Positions 29,834-42,380 are shown, counted from the first letter of the stretch. The stretch is DNA of 64,000 nt from Candidatus Eiseniibacteriota bacterium (GCA_016710095.1 JADJLL010000005.1:78354-142353); one strand, 5' to 3'. The notes: generated from the sequence alone by a model not told the origin. A program made the numbers and translations.

Positions 29834-30829
29834 TCAGGCGAAGTGGTTCCAGCCCGCGCCCCGTATCGGCGCTCGCGTGCCGTCCGCACGCTCGAGCAGC
29901 GCTTCACGCTCCGCCGTGCACGATCCGATCGCGAGCAGCGTGACGCCCACGTCGCGCGCGGCGCGCTCGCACCCGGTCCACGCCTCGGGTGCGATCGCGA
30001 GCAGCAGCTCGTAGTCGTCGCTCGGACCGAAGCGCAGCGACGCTTCGTCCACGCCCAACGCGCGCGCGGCGCCTTCGAGCGCGCGATCGCCCGCGAACGA
30101 CGCATCGCGCACCACGGCGCCCACGCCGCTCGCCTCGCACAGGTGCGCAAGGTCGCCGGCGAGCCCGTCGCTCACGTCGAGCGCGGCACGCACTCCGCCG
30201 CATGCCGCCAGCGCCGACGCGAGCGCGATGCGCGACGGCGGCGAGGCGTAGCGCTCCGCGAGCGCTTCCGGCACGGCCCCGAACGACGGCGGCTGCGCGG
30301 CGAGCGCGGAGGCGAGCGCGGCGCCCGCGTGTCCCGCGAAGCCCGTGAGCGCGAGCACGTCGCCGGGCCGCGCGCCCGCGCGCGTCCAGTGGGCGCCGCG
30401 CGCGACGTCGCCGATCAGGGTGACCGTGAACGCGATCGGGCCGTCGCCCGAGGCGAGGTTGCCGCCCACGACCGGCGCGCCCGCGGCGGACAGCGATCCC
30501 GCGCACGCGAGCTCGACGTCCCGCAGCCAGGACGGATCGGCGTCGCGCGGCGCGACGCACGAGACGAGCGCCCAGCGCGGCGTCGCGGCCATCGCGGCGA
30601 GGTCGCTCACGTTCGCGGCCGCGAGCCGCCGGCCGATCGCACCGGCATCGAGCAGGTCGCGGCGGAAGTGGCGGCCTTCGACGAACGTGTCGGTCGTCAC
30701 CACGAGATCGCGGCCGTCGCCCGGCCGCAACACCGCGGCGTCGTCGCCGGGGCCGACGATCACGCCCTCGCCGCCGGGCAACGCCGCGACGATGTCGCGG
30801 ATGCGTTCGAACTCGCCACGCTCACGCAT
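29834..30829 (-). CDS. thiL: Thiamine-monophosphate kinase
   Basis: MRERGEFERIRDIVAALPGG...DDAAVL...VVTTDTFVEGRHF, the AIR-synthase-like fold typical of ThiL. Confidence 0.85.
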   Translation of the reverse strand: MRERGEFERIRDIVAALPGGEGVIVGPGDDAAVLRPGDGRDLVVTTDTFVEGRHFRRDLLDAGAIGRRLAAANVSDLAAMAATPRWALVSCVAPRDADPSWLRDVELACAGSLSAAGAPVVGGNLASGDGPIAFTVTLIGDVARGAHWTRAGARPGDVLALTGFAGHAGAALASALAAQPPSFGAVPEALAERYASPPSRIALASALAACGGVRAALDVSDGLAGDLAHLCEASGVGAVVRDASFAGDRALEGAARALGVDEASLRFGPSDDYELLLAIAPEAWTGCERAARDVGVTLLAIGSCTAEREALLERADGTRAPIRGAGWNHFA

Positions 30830-32042
30830 GCGCGCTCCTCCCCGGGCGATCGGGCGGCAACAGCACCGCGAGCAGCCCGGCCGCGACGAGCGACAGCGCG
30901 GCGCCGAACAGGAACGGCGAGGCCGCGCCCGCGCGGTCCCACAGCGCGCCGGCGACGATGCTCGCGGGCAACAGCGCGAGTCCGCCGAGCGACGCGCTCA
31001 CGCCGTACGCCGAAGCGCGCGACTCGCGCGGCACGAGGTCGGCGATCAGCGCCTTCGCCTGGCCCTCGATGAGCGCCGAGTGCACGGCGAGCACGAGGAA
31101 GCCCGCGACGGCGCCCGTGCGGGTGCCGATGGTCGCGAAGAGTCCGTACGCGACCGCGTAGAGCAGGTAGCCCGCGAGCAGCAGCGGGCGGCGCCCGATG
31201 CGGTCGGAGAGTCCGCCGAACGGATACGCGAGCGACGCGTAGAGCACGTTGTACGCGAGGTAGACGAGCGACACCTGGCCCGCGCTCCAGCCCACGTCCT
31301 GCGTGCGCAGCAGCGCGAACGCCATGCTGCTGTTGCCGAGCTGGAACGCGACGTCCACGCACAGGAAGCGGCGGAATGCGCCGCCGGGCACGGTCCAGCG
31401 CGGGAGCGCCGCGGTGCGCGGGCGAGCGTCCTTCGGCGCACGGACGAAGAACACGATCACGAGCAGCGCGAGCAACGCGGGAATGCCCGACACGAGGAAG
31501 ATGCGGCGGTAGCCCTCGGCGCCGTCGCCGTGCCAGCGCGACAGCAGGTACCAGCCGACGAGCGGGCCGATCGCGGCGCCCATCGTGTCCATCGCGCGGT
31601 GCATGCCGAACGCACGCCCGAGGTCGGCGTCCGCCGTCGAGTCGGCGATCAGCGCGTCGCGCGGCGGCGAGCGCATCGCCTTGCCGACGCGGTCGGCGAA
31701 GCGCAGCCCGAGCACGCCCGACCACGACTGCGCGAGCGCCATCGCGGGCTTCGCGAGTCCCGACAGTCCGTAGCCGAGCAGGACGAACGGCTTGCGGCGC
31801 GAGGCGCGGTCGGCGAGCCGGCCCGACACGAGGCGCAGCGTGGACGCGACGCACTCCGCGATGCCTTCGATCACGCCGAGGCTCGCGACGGACGCGTGCA
31901 GCGTCGCCGTCACGAAGAGCGGCAGGATGGGCACGAGCATTTCCGACGACACGTCGGTGAGCAGCGACGTGAAGCCGAGCGCCACGACGTTGCGATGCAG
32001 TCCCGCGAAGGGCCCGCGCTTCTCGGTGGGTGCGTCCGCCAT
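30822..32042 (-). CDS. MFS transporter
   Basis: 12-TM profile. MFS motif GRLADRASRRKPFVLLG. Confidence 0.8.
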   Translation of the reverse strand: MADAPTEKRGPFAGLHRNVVALGFTSLLTDVSSEMLVPILPLFVTATLHASVASLGVIEGIAECVASTLRLVSGRLADRASRRKPFVLLGYGLSGLAKPAMALAQSWSGVLGLRFADRVGKAMRSPPRDALIADSTADADLGRAFGMHRAMDTMGAAIGPLVGWYLLSRWHGDGAEGYRRIFLVSGIPALLALLVIVFFVRAPKDARPRTAALPRWTVPGGAFRRFLCVDVAFQLGNSSMAFALLRTQDVGWSAGQVSLVYLAYNVLYASLAYPFGGLSDRIGRRPLLLAGYLLYAVAYGLFATIGTRTGAVAGFLVLAVHSALIEGQAKALIADLVPRESRASAYGVSASLGGLALLPASIVAGALWDRAGAASPFLFGAALSLVAAGLLAVLLPPDRPGRSAHA

Positions 32043-32150
32043 GAGGGCGGCACGTTAGCACGCGCCCCGCGCGCGGCACTCGCGCGAAACGGCGAACGCG
32101 CGCCCGGCGGAAACCGGACGCGCGTTCGTGGCGGCGGAAACGTTCCGCGA

Positions 32151-33536
32151 TCAGTCGATCGGCCGGACCTCGAGAGGGCCGAGTCCGTCGAGCGCCTTCT
32201 TCGCGACGTCGCCCTGCGTGACGACGACGATGCGCAGCTTGTCGCTGCAGAAGTACGTCCCGAGCACGCGCTTCACGTCGTCCATCGTCACGGCGCGCAC
32301 GCGGTCGTTGTACTTCGCGATCCAGTCCTGCGGAAGACCGTAGAACTCGACCGTCGCGATCTGGCCCGTGAGGTCCGAAGCCGCCTGCAGCTCGAGCGGG
32401 TACTGCCCGACGAGGTAGTTGCGCGCCTTGTCGAGCTCCGCCTGCGTCGGCCCCTCGTTCGCAAGCTTCGCGATCTCGGCGAGCGTCGCGTCGACGCATT
32501 CGCGGAGCTTGGCGTTGCGCGTGAACGTGTTCACGCGGAAGGCGCCGGCGCCGCGGTGCTGCGTGAAGCCGCTCGAGATGCTGTACGTGAGGCCCTTCTC
32601 GACGCGGATCGCGTTCACGAGCCGCGACGTGAAGCCGTCGCCGAGGATCGTGTTCGCGACCTGGATGGCGTCGTAGTCGGGGTGGCTGCGCGGCACCGCG
32701 ATACAGCCCATGCGGATCTGCGCCTGCGTCGCCTCCGGCTTGTCGATGATCCGGATGCCGCGCGCCGCGACGGGCGCGGGGGCGCCGTACGGATCGCGCA
32801 TCGGCTCGCCCGACGGCTTCCAGTCCGCGAACGCCTTGCGCAGCTGCGCGAGGATCGCGGCCGGGTCCACGTCGCCCGCGACCACGAGGATCGTGCGATC
32901 GGGCGCCACGAAGCGGCGGTGGAAGCTCACCACGTCGTCGCGCGTGAGCCCCTTCACGCTCTTCTCGGTGCCGATCGACGGGTGCGCGAGCGGACTCTCG
33001 CCCCACAGGTACGCGGAGAACGCCTGCTCGGCGATCACCGACGGCTCGCCGCGGTTGGACGCGATCGTACCGAGCGCCTCCTCCTGCTTGCGGGCGAACT
33101 CCTCGGCCGCGAACGCCGGCTTCACCACGACGTCGTGGAAGAGGCCGAGTCCGGTCGAGAGATCCTTCTTGAGCACGTCGCACGAAACCGTGAACTGCTC
33201 GGCGCGCGACGACGCCTCGAGCGAGCCGCCGACGAACTCAATGTCCTCGGCGACCTGCTGCGCGGTGCGGGAGCCGGCGCCCTGCGTGAGCAGCTCGGCG
33301 GTCATGCGCGCGAGACCTTCCTTGCCGGCCGGGTCGTACACCGAACCGGCGCGCGACACGAGGCGGAAGCTCACGACGGGAAGACGCGGCGAGGGCTGCA
33401 CGATCACGGAGAGACCGTTCGGGAGCTTCGCGCGCACGACCGCGGCGGTCTTCGCGTGCGCGGCGGGAACGAAGGCGATCGTCACGGCGACGGCCGTGAC
33501 GCAGAGGGCGGCGAACCTGCGGATGACGGCGCTCAT
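32151..33536 (-). CDS. M16 family peptidase, non-catalytic subunit (lacks HxxEH)
   Basis: Signal peptide. M16 fold. The position of the inverted zinc motif reads GLARMTAELL instead of HxxEH. Confidence 0.75.
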   Translation of the reverse strand: MSAVIRRFAALCVTAVAVTIAFVPAAHAKTAAVVRAKLPNGLSVIVQPSPRLPVVSFRLVSRAGSVYDPAGKEGLARMTAELLTQGAGSRTAQQVAEDIEFVGGSLEASSRAEQFTVSCDVLKKDLSTGLGLFHDVVVKPAFAAEEFARKQEEALGTIASNRGEPSVIAEQAFSAYLWGESPLAHPSIGTEKSVKGLTRDDVVSFHRRFVAPDRTILVVAGDVDPAAILAQLRKAFADWKPSGEPMRDPYGAPAPVAARGIRIIDKPEATQAQIRMGCIAVPRSHPDYDAIQVANTILGDGFTSRLVNAIRVEKGLTYSISSGFTQHRGAGAFRVNTFTRNAKLRECVDATLAEIAKLANEGPTQAELDKARNYLVGQYPLELQAASDLTGQIATVEFYGLPQDWIAKYNDRVRAVTMDDVKRVLGTYFCSDKLRIVVVTQGDVAKKALDGLGPLEVRPID

Positions 33537-34902
33537 CGCCCCTCCTCCGTTTCCTGCACCGGTACGAGCGTCGCGACGGTGCGCTGGCGCGGGTCGAAGA
33601 TCTTCTTCGCGAGACGCTGCACGTCCGCGACGGTGACCGCGCGGTACCTGTCGATCGCGCCGTACAGCGCGCGGTAGTCGCCGTGATACTGGTCGAACGA
33701 GCCCAGCATCCGCGCGGCGCCGCGGTTGGTCTCGAGCGTGTACACGAAGCGCGCTTCGACCTGGTTGCGCGCCTTCTGCAGCTCGCGCTCGGTCGGGCCG
33801 TCCTTCGCGATGCGGTCGAGCTCGGCGTAGAGCGCCTTCTCGCCGTTCGCGGCGGTCTCGCCCGGCTTCATCTCGACCCAGAACTCGAACAGGCCCGGCT
33901 CGAGCTGGCCGCGGTAGCCCGCGTCGGCCGACAGCGCGATCTGCTGCTCGTACACGAGCGCGCGGTGCAGGCGCGAGGACTCGCCTCCGCCGAGCACGGC
34001 GGAGAGGATCTCGAGCGCGTAGTGGTCCGGATCGCTCACCGGCAGCGCCTTGTAGCCCACCGCGAACGTCACGGTCTCGGACGGGTAGTGCACTTCGGCG
34101 CGGCGCTCACCGCGCTGCTCGGGCTCGGCGTTGACGGGCTTCGGCGGCGGCGTCTGGCGCGGGATGTCGCCGAAGTACTCGCGCAGCTTGCCCTTCACCC
34201 ACGCGGGATCGAAGTCGCCCGACACCACGATCGTGCAGTTGTTCGGCGCGTAGTACGTGCGGAAGTACTCGACCATCTCGTCGCGCGTGATGCGCTCGAG
34301 GTCCTTCATCCAGCCGACGACGGGCCAGTGGTACGGCGACGCGACGAACGCCGTGCTGTAGAGCGCTTCGTCGAGCATGCCCGGCACCGAGTTGTCGGTG
34401 CGGAAGCGGCGCTCTTCCCGCACGACTTCGACTTCGCTCTTGAGCAGGTCGGGCAGCAGCGACAACGAACGCATGCGGTCGGCGTCGAGGCGCATCATCG
34501 TCTCGAGCGCCGCGCTGCCGCCTTCCTCGTAGTACGCCGTCTGGTCGTAGCTCGTGAACGCGTTCGAGTACGCGCCCTGCGACTCGAGCTGCACGTCGTA
34601 CTGCTTCGGCGGAACGTTCGCCGAGCCGTTGAACATCATGTGCTCGAAGAAGTGCGACAGGCCGGTGATGCCCTGGCGTTCGTTGCGCGAGCCCACGCGG
34701 AACCACTGGAAGAAGCAGACGGCGGGCACGCTGTGATCCTCGTGCAGCAGGATCTGCAGGCCGTTCGGCAGCGAGTCGCGCTCGACTCGGAAGCGCTCGG
34801 GCGAGATCGCCGGCGCCGACGCAGGACGCGCGGGCGCCGCCGCGACCGCGGCCGAGCTCGCGAGCGCGAGCATCGCGGCGGCGAAGAACATGCGACGAAG
34901 CA
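33533..34902 (-). CDS. M16 family zinc peptidase, catalytic subunit
   Basis: Start MLRRMFFAAAMLALASSAAVAAA with GGAGG RBS. HFFEH zinc-binding motif. Overlaps the downstream M16 gene by 4 nt. Confidence 0.8.
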
Positions 34903-35141
34903 TGGAACCTCCGGAAGAAGAAGATCGTGCGGTGAAGTGAATCGCACGCAGACTATGCGGGCGTTCGGGAGCGAACAAGCGCGCGTCCGGGCACCCGCGA
35001 ACGGAGAACGCGGGCCGGGGCCCGCTCCGGCGGGAGGACGGCCGTGGGCCCGAAGGCGCCCGACCGCACCTTTTGGACCGCTACCATCGGCCCACACGGG
35101 AGTTGTGGAGCCTGCGCGGAGAATGGCGTAGCTTTTCAGTC

Positions 35142-35966
35142 ATGAACGACTCCATCAGCACCGCCGTCAAGGCCCGCCCGGCGACCGAAGATCCGGTCGC
35201 GAATCGAATCCGGACGCGGCGCCTGGCGCTCGGCTGGTCGCTCAAGCGTTTGAGCGAAGCAACCGGCGGCCTCGCACCGTCGTTCCTCTTCAATATCGAG
35301 AACAGCCGCAAGGTGCCGAGTGAGGAAGTCGCCGCTCGCATCGCGCACGCCATCGACGACACGGCCCACGAAGCGACGTATCGCGCGTGGGCGCGCGCCA
35401 AGAGCCGCGGACGCACCGGCCGTATCGACCACGACGCGATGCTCAGCGCGTGGGAACTCCTTCGGAATCCCTTCGGGGAACCCACGGCGCCCGGCGCCGC
35501 GCCGGTCACCCCCGTGGGGGAATCCCGTGACGCCGGACGCCTCCGGGTGCCCGTGCTCGCCACCGCTTCGGACCCCGGCGACGGCGTGCGACCCATCCCC
35601 GAACAGGTCATCAACACGCTGAGCCTCGATCCGCTCGCCTACGGACACGACGCCGAGCTCGCGCGCGAACGCTACTCGCGCCTGCGCCGGCCGTTCGCGT
35701 TCCCGCTCGATCCGGAACAGGCCGCGCGTGCAGGACTCATGGGAGCGACGCTCGCCGTGGTCACCCGCGACGAAGCGATCACCCCCGTTCCCGACGCCGC
35801 ATACGTCGTCCGCGTGGAAGGCCGCCTCGAAGTCGTGCGCGGCGACGCGTACGCCGGCGGCGACATTCCCGGTTCGCTCAAGCAGGCCGGCATCGGCCGC
35901 ACGGAGGATCTCCGCGCAGCGACGGTCGGACGTATCGACCATCTCCTGCCGGATGTGCGACTCTGA
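35142..35966 (+). CDS. XRE-family helix-turn-helix transcriptional regulator with uncharacterised C-terminal domain
   Basis: HTH IRTRRLALGWSLKRLSEATGGLAPSFLFNIENSRKVPSEEVAARIAHAI. Roughly 190 aa C-terminal domain of unknown function. Lies upstream of the HlyD/ABC exporter. Confidence 0.6.
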   Translation: MNDSISTAVKARPATEDPVANRIRTRRLALGWSLKRLSEATGGLAPSFLFNIENSRKVPSEEVAARIAHAIDDTAHEATYRAWARAKSRGRTGRIDHDAMLSAWELLRNPFGEPTAPGAAPVTPVGESRDAGRLRVPVLATASDPGDGVRPIPEQVINTLSLDPLAYGHDAELARERYSRLRRPFAFPLDPEQAARAGLMGATLAVVTRDEAITPVPDAAYVVRVEGRLEVVRGDAYAGGDIPGSLKQAGIGRTEDLRAATVGRIDHLLPDVRL

Positions 35967-35970
35967 AGGC

Positions 35971-36748
35971 ATGACGACCTCGAACCGGCTTCTCCTTCCG
36001 GCCATCGCGGCGATCGCGATGGCCGGACTGCTTTCCTGCTCCGGCGCGCCCAAGGTGCGCGGCAGCGGAACGATCGAACTCGACGAAGTGGACGTGGCCT
36101 CTCTCGTCGGCGGACGCATCCTGCGCATGGCGGTCGCCGAAGGGGACACGGTGCACGCGGGCGACACGCTCGCGGTGCTGACGCGCGGCGAGATCGCCGC
36201 AGAGCTCGCGACGCAGCTCGCGCAGTCGCAGCGCGCGGAGTCGCAGGCGCGCGACATCGCCGCCGGCGCGCGCCCCTCCGAAGTGCTCGTCGCCCGCGCG
36301 CAGCTCGCCGCCGCGCAGGCCGACCGCCGTCTCGCGGACGCAGCTCGCGGGCGCGCGCAGCCGGGCGGGCGAGCTCGTGCTCGTCGCGCCGTCGGACGGC
36401 GTCGTGCTGCTGCGCAACTTCGAGGACGGCGAGCTCGCTCCGCCGAACGTGCCCGTCGTGACGCTCGGCGATCCCGAACGGTTGTGGATGCGCGTGTACG
36501 TCGGCGCGCCGCTGCTCGCCTCGATCCGCCTCGGCGATCCCGTCGACGTCACGCCGATCGGCGCGAAGAAGCCGTTCCGCGGCAAGGTCGTGCAGATCAA
36601 CACGCGCGCCGAGTTCACGCCGCGCGCGGCGCTCACCGAGGAAGAACAGGCGAACCTCGTCTTCGGCGTGAAGGTCGCGCTCGATCCGACGCAGGGCACG
36701 CTCAAGCCCGGCCTTCCGGCCGAAGCGCGCTTCCCGACGAAGCGATGA
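35971..36748 (+). pseudogene. YbhG/HlyD-family periplasmic adaptor lipoprotein, apparent 1-nt deletion near 36338-36342 (pseudogene or sequencing error)
   Basis: Lipobox LLSCSG. The HlyD-like coiled region in frame A ends ...AQADRRLAD. The beta-barrel/membrane-proximal region continues in another frame (TQLAGARSRAGELVLVAPSDGVVLL..., track ORF 36377..36748). The shift lies at gcggacgcagctcgcgg. Confidence 0.6.
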
Positions 36749-37494
36749 ACGAGTCCGCCGTGGCGCGCGACGTCGTCGTACGGGTGAACGGGCTCGTGAA
36801 GCGCTTCGGCGACTTCGCGGCCGTGGACGCCGTGTCGTTCGACATCGAGCGCGGCGAGATCTTCGGCATCCTCGGGCCGAACGGCTCGGGCAAGACGACG
36901 ACCATCCGCATGCTGTGCGGGCTCATGGAGCCGAGCGGCGGCGAAGCGAGCATCGCGGGCGCCGACATCGCGAAGAACCCCGAGCTCGTGAAGGCGCGCA
37001 TCGGCTACATGTCGCAGTCCTTCGGGCTCTATCGCGACCTCACGGTGGACGAGAACCTCGAGTTCTACGCGGGCGTGTACGAACTGGGAGCCAAGAAAGC
37101 CGGTCGCGTCGCGTGGGCGAAGAAGGAGATGCGGCTCGAGGAGATCGGCGGGCGGCTCGCGGGCGTGCTGTCCGGCGGGCAGCGCCAGCGGCTCGCGCTC
37201 GCGTGCGCGATGATGCACGCGCCCGAAGTCGTGTTCCTCGACGAACCCACGGCCGGCGTGGACCCGGCCGCGCGGCGGCTCTTCTGGACGATCATCCGCG
37301 AGCGCGCCGCCGACGGCGTGACCATGATCGTGACGACGCACTACATGGACGAGGCCGAGCGCTTCGACCGGCTCGTGTTCCTGTCGCGCGGCAAGCGCAT
37401 GGCGCTGGGGACGCCGGCCGAGGTGAAGGCGCAGTTCGGCGAACACCTGACGCTCGAGGACATCTTCGTCCAGCTGCAGGAGAAGGAATCGTGA
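36745..37494 (+). CDS. ABC transporter ATP-binding protein (YbhF-like)
   Basis: Walker A GPNGSGKTT. LSGGQRQRL. VVFLDEPTAGVD. ATG overlaps the adaptor stop (ATGA). Confidence 0.85.
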   Translation: MNESAVARDVVVRVNGLVKRFGDFAAVDAVSFDIERGEIFGILGPNGSGKTTTIRMLCGLMEPSGGEASIAGADIAKNPELVKARIGYMSQSFGLYRDLTVDENLEFYAGVYELGAKKAGRVAWAKKEMRLEEIGGRLAGVLSGGQRQRLALACAMMHAPEVVFLDEPTAGVDPAARRLFWTIIRERAADGVTMIVTTHYMDEAERFDRLVFLSRGKRMALGTPAEVKAQFGEHLTLEDIFVQLQEKES

Positions 37495-38615
37495 ACCGCG
37501 AGCGCCTGCACGCCATGGTGCGCAAGGAGTTCGTGCAGATGCGGCGCGACCCCGCGACGCTGCGCCTCGTGCTGCTCGTGCCGCTCATGCAGATGCTCAT
37601 CTTCGGGTACGCCATCCGCACCGACGTGCGCAACCTGCCGACGGTCGCGTTCGACCAGAGCCGCACGCAGGAGAGCCGCGCGCTCGTGCAACGGCTGACG
37701 GCGACCGGCAACTTCGTGCTGCGCGAACAGGCGGAGTCGTACGAGGACGCCGTGCACGCCGTCGACGCCGGCCGCGCACGCGCCGCGTTCGTGATCCCGG
37801 AGAGCTACGCGCGCGACCTCAAGCGCGGGCGGCCCACGCGCGTGCAGGTGCTCGTGGACGCGAGCGACCCCTCGTCGTCGGCGAGCGCGATCGGCGCGGC
37901 GCAGATGGTCGGCCAGCAGCTCAACGTCGAGATCGTGCAGCAGCGCACGGGCTCGAACCTCTCGACCGGCCTGCCCATCGACGTGCGCGTGCGCCCGCTC
38001 TACAACCCGGCGCTGCAGAGCGCGGTGTTCGTCGTGCCCGGCATCATCGGCATGATCCTCAGCAACATCCTCATCATGCTCACGTCCATGAGCCTGGCGC
38101 GCGAACGCGAGACGGGCACGCTGGAACAGCTGATCGTCACGCCGCTCGCTCGCAGCGAGATCATGCTCGGCAAGATCGCGCCGTACGTCGTGGTCGGCTA
38201 CGTGCAGATGACGACGATCCTGGTCGCGGGGCACTTCATCTTCGACGTGCCCATGCGCGGGCCGCTGCTCGCGCTGTACGCGGTGACGTTCCTGTTCATC
38301 ACCGCCAACCTCGGGCTCGGGCTCTGGATCTCGACGCTCGGGCGCACGCAGACGGCGGTCACGCAGTCGGCGATCTTCATCATGCTGCCGAACGTGCTGC
38401 TGTCGGGCTTCATGTTCCCGCGCGAGGCGATGCCGCCGCTCGCGCAGGCCTTCGGCGCGCTGCTTCCGCTCACGTACTACCTGCAGCTCGTCCGCGCCAT
38501 CCTGCTCAAGGGCGCGGGCATCGCCGAGATCTGGCCGCAGGCGCTCGCACTGGCCGCGTTCGCCGTCGCGTTCTTCACGTTCGCGACTCAACGCTTCCAC
38601 AAGACGCTGGAGTGA
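37491..38615 (+). CDS. ABC-2 family transporter permease (YbhS/YbhR-like)
   Basis: GTG overlapping the upstream stop (GTGA). An ATG at 37518 is an alternative start. N-terminal TM, large periplasmic loop, five C-terminal TMs. Confidence 0.8.
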   Translation: MNRERLHAMVRKEFVQMRRDPATLRLVLLVPLMQMLIFGYAIRTDVRNLPTVAFDQSRTQESRALVQRLTATGNFVLREQAESYEDAVHAVDAGRARAAFVIPESYARDLKRGRPTRVQVLVDASDPSSSASAIGAAQMVGQQLNVEIVQQRTGSNLSTGLPIDVRVRPLYNPALQSAVFVVPGIIGMILSNILIMLTSMSLARERETGTLEQLIVTPLARSEIMLGKIAPYVVVGYVQMTTILVAGHFIFDVPMRGPLLALYAVTFLFITANLGLGLWISTLGRTQTAVTQSAIFIMLPNVLLSGFMFPREAMPPLAQAFGALLPLTYYLQLVRAILLKGAGIAEIWPQALALAAFAVAFFTFATQRFHKTLE

Positions 38616-39889
38616 CGCCCATGGAACCGACGCCCCCGCCGATCCATCCGCTCCGCATCGCGCCCATCGACGCGCCGACGCTCGCCTCCGTCCGCCCGAA
38701 GCCGCCCGCGGCGCCCGGCGGCATCGAGCCCTACCGCGTGCTGTTCCCGATCGGCGCGCTCGCCGGCATCGCCGGCACGGCGCTCTGGATCACGCAGGCG
38801 TTCGGCGCACCGTGGCCCGGCATGCTGCACGCCTCGCTCATGATGCAGGGCTTCGAGCTGTGCTTCGTGACGGGCTTCCTGCTGACCGCGATGCCGTCGT
38901 TCACGCACGGGGACAAGTGCACGCCGCTCGAACTCGGCGCCACGACGGCCGCCGCGCTCGCTTTCCTCGCGCTGCATGCGGTGGGCATCGAGGGCCCGGC
39001 GAAGCTGTGCTTCACGTTCGCGCTGCTCGTCACCGCGACGGCGATCCTGCGCCGCGTGCGCTTCGACGGCGCCGCGCCGCCCGAGGAGTTCCTGCTCGCG
39101 GGCGTCGGCCTGCTGCTCGGCATCGCCGGAGGACTCCACCAGGCGTCGGCCGCGTTCGGCTGGCTCGCCGAGCCGCAGCCGCGCTTCGGCGTACGGCTCG
39201 TCTCGCGCGGCATGCTGCTCGCGGTGGTGCTCGGCCTCGGCGGACTGCTCGTGCCGACGTTCGCCATGGTCAAGGACCCGCTGCGCATCGTCGGGATCGC
39301 GCGTGCGGGCCAGCGCGGACCGCGCCGCGTGTTCGTGCTCGCGCTCGCGGCGCTGATCGCGGGCGCGTTCCTCGCCGACACGTCCGACCGCCACACGCTC
39401 GCCGCGTGGATGCGTGCGGCCGCGGCGATCGCGAGCACGCAACTGTCGTGGAAGAGCTGGAGCCGGCCCGGCAGGCGCGACCCGCTCACGATGGCGCTGT
39501 GGCTGTCCGGCTGGATGATCGTGCTCGGCATCACCGCGGCGGCCGCATTCCCCGCGCACGAGATCGCCGCGTGGCACGTCACGTTCGTCGGCGGCTTCGG
39601 CCTGCTCACCATGGCGATCGGCACGCGCGTCACCGTGACGCACGGCGGCCACCCCGGCACGGACGAACCGAAGGTGCTCGGCTGGGCGAGCCTCGCGCTG
39701 CTCGGCGCCGCGCTGCTCTCGCGCCTCGCCGGCGGCGAGGTCGACCCGACGCGCTCGCACGCCCTCGCGGGCGCGGCTGCGGCGTGGGTGCTCGCCTGGG
39801 CGTTGTGGCTGTCGGGCGCGCTGCCGCGCGTGCTGCGCAAGGCACGCAAGTCCGCCGGAATGATGATGCCGTCGCGCCCGAAGCGCTGA
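38612..39889 (+). CDS. NnrS family membrane protein (haem/copper, NO-response associated)
   Basis: 425 aa polytopic protein with the GFLLTAMPSFT motif and conserved His residues of NnrS. Start could instead be the ATG at 38621. Confidence 0.55.
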   Translation: MTPMEPTPPPIHPLRIAPIDAPTLASVRPKPPAAPGGIEPYRVLFPIGALAGIAGTALWITQAFGAPWPGMLHASLMMQGFELCFVTGFLLTAMPSFTHGDKCTPLELGATTAAALAFLALHAVGIEGPAKLCFTFALLVTATAILRRVRFDGAAPPEEFLLAGVGLLLGIAGGLHQASAAFGWLAEPQPRFGVRLVSRGMLLAVVLGLGGLLVPTFAMVKDPLRIVGIARAGQRGPRRVFVLALAALIAGAFLADTSDRHTLAAWMRAAAAIASTQLSWKSWSRPGRRDPLTMALWLSGWMIVLGITAAAAFPAHEIAAWHVTFVGGFGLLTMAIGTRVTVTHGGHPGTDEPKVLGWASLALLGAALLSRLAGGEVDPTRSHALAGAAAAWVLAWALWLSGALPRVLRKARKSAGMMMPSRPKR

Positions 39890-39892
39890 CGG

Positions 39893-40582
39893 TCAGGTCC
39901 GGCCGAACTCGTCCTTCACCGCCGGGTCCTCGGCGTGGTGCTTGATCACGCGGGCCTCGGCGATGAACACGACTTCTTCGGCGACGTTCGTCGCGAGGTC
40001 GCCGATGCGCTCGAGGTTCCGGCCCACCAGCACGAGCGCCATGGACGCCTGGATCGCGGCCGGATCGCCCACCATGCGGCCGAGCAGGTCCGCGAACAGC
40101 CGGCGGTTGAGCGCGTCGACCTCGTCGTCGCGGCGCACGAGCGCGCGCGCGGCGTCGGCGTCGCGGCGGACGAACGCGTCGAGCGACTCGCGCAGCATGC
40201 CGATCGCCTTCTCCGCCAGCTCGGGCAGGTCGGCGACGGATCGCATCGGCTCGAGCGCGAGCAGCGTCTTCGCGCAGCCCGCGATGTTCACGGCGTGATC
40301 GCCCACGCGCTCGAGGTCGTTCGAGATCTTGAGCGCGGACGTGATCAGCCGCAGGTCGCGCGCGAGCGGCTGCTGCAGCGCGAGCAGCTCGATGCAGCGC
40401 TCTTCGATGTCCATTTCCATGCGGTCGATCACGCGGTCGTCGCGGAACACTTCCTCCGCGAGCGCGCCGTCGCGGCGCTGCAGCGATTCGACCGCCTTGC
40501 GGATGATGGCTTCGACGCGGCCGCTCATGAGCAGGAGCTGGTCGTTGAGGTCCTTCACGCGTTCTTCGAAATGACGGCTCAT
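39893..40582 (-). CDS. phoU: Phosphate signalling complex protein PhoU
   Basis: Two PhoU repeats (IERIGDLATNVAE, LERVGDHAVNIA). Confidence 0.9.
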   Translation of the reverse strand: MSRHFEERVKDLNDQLLLMSGRVEAIIRKAVESLQRRDGALAEEVFRDDRVIDRMEMDIEERCIELLALQQPLARDLRLITSALKISNDLERVGDHAVNIAGCAKTLLALEPMRSVADLPELAEKAIGMLRESLDAFVRRDADAARALVRRDDEVDALNRRLFADLLGRMVGDPAAIQASMALVLVGRNLERIGDLATNVAEEVVFIAEARVIKHHAEDPAVKDEFGRT

Positions 40583-40593
40583 GCCTCTCCGGA

Positions 40594-41430
<837 letters not shown>

Positions 41431-41432
41431 TT

Positions 41433-42376
<944 letters not shown>

Positions 42377-42380
<4 letters not shown>

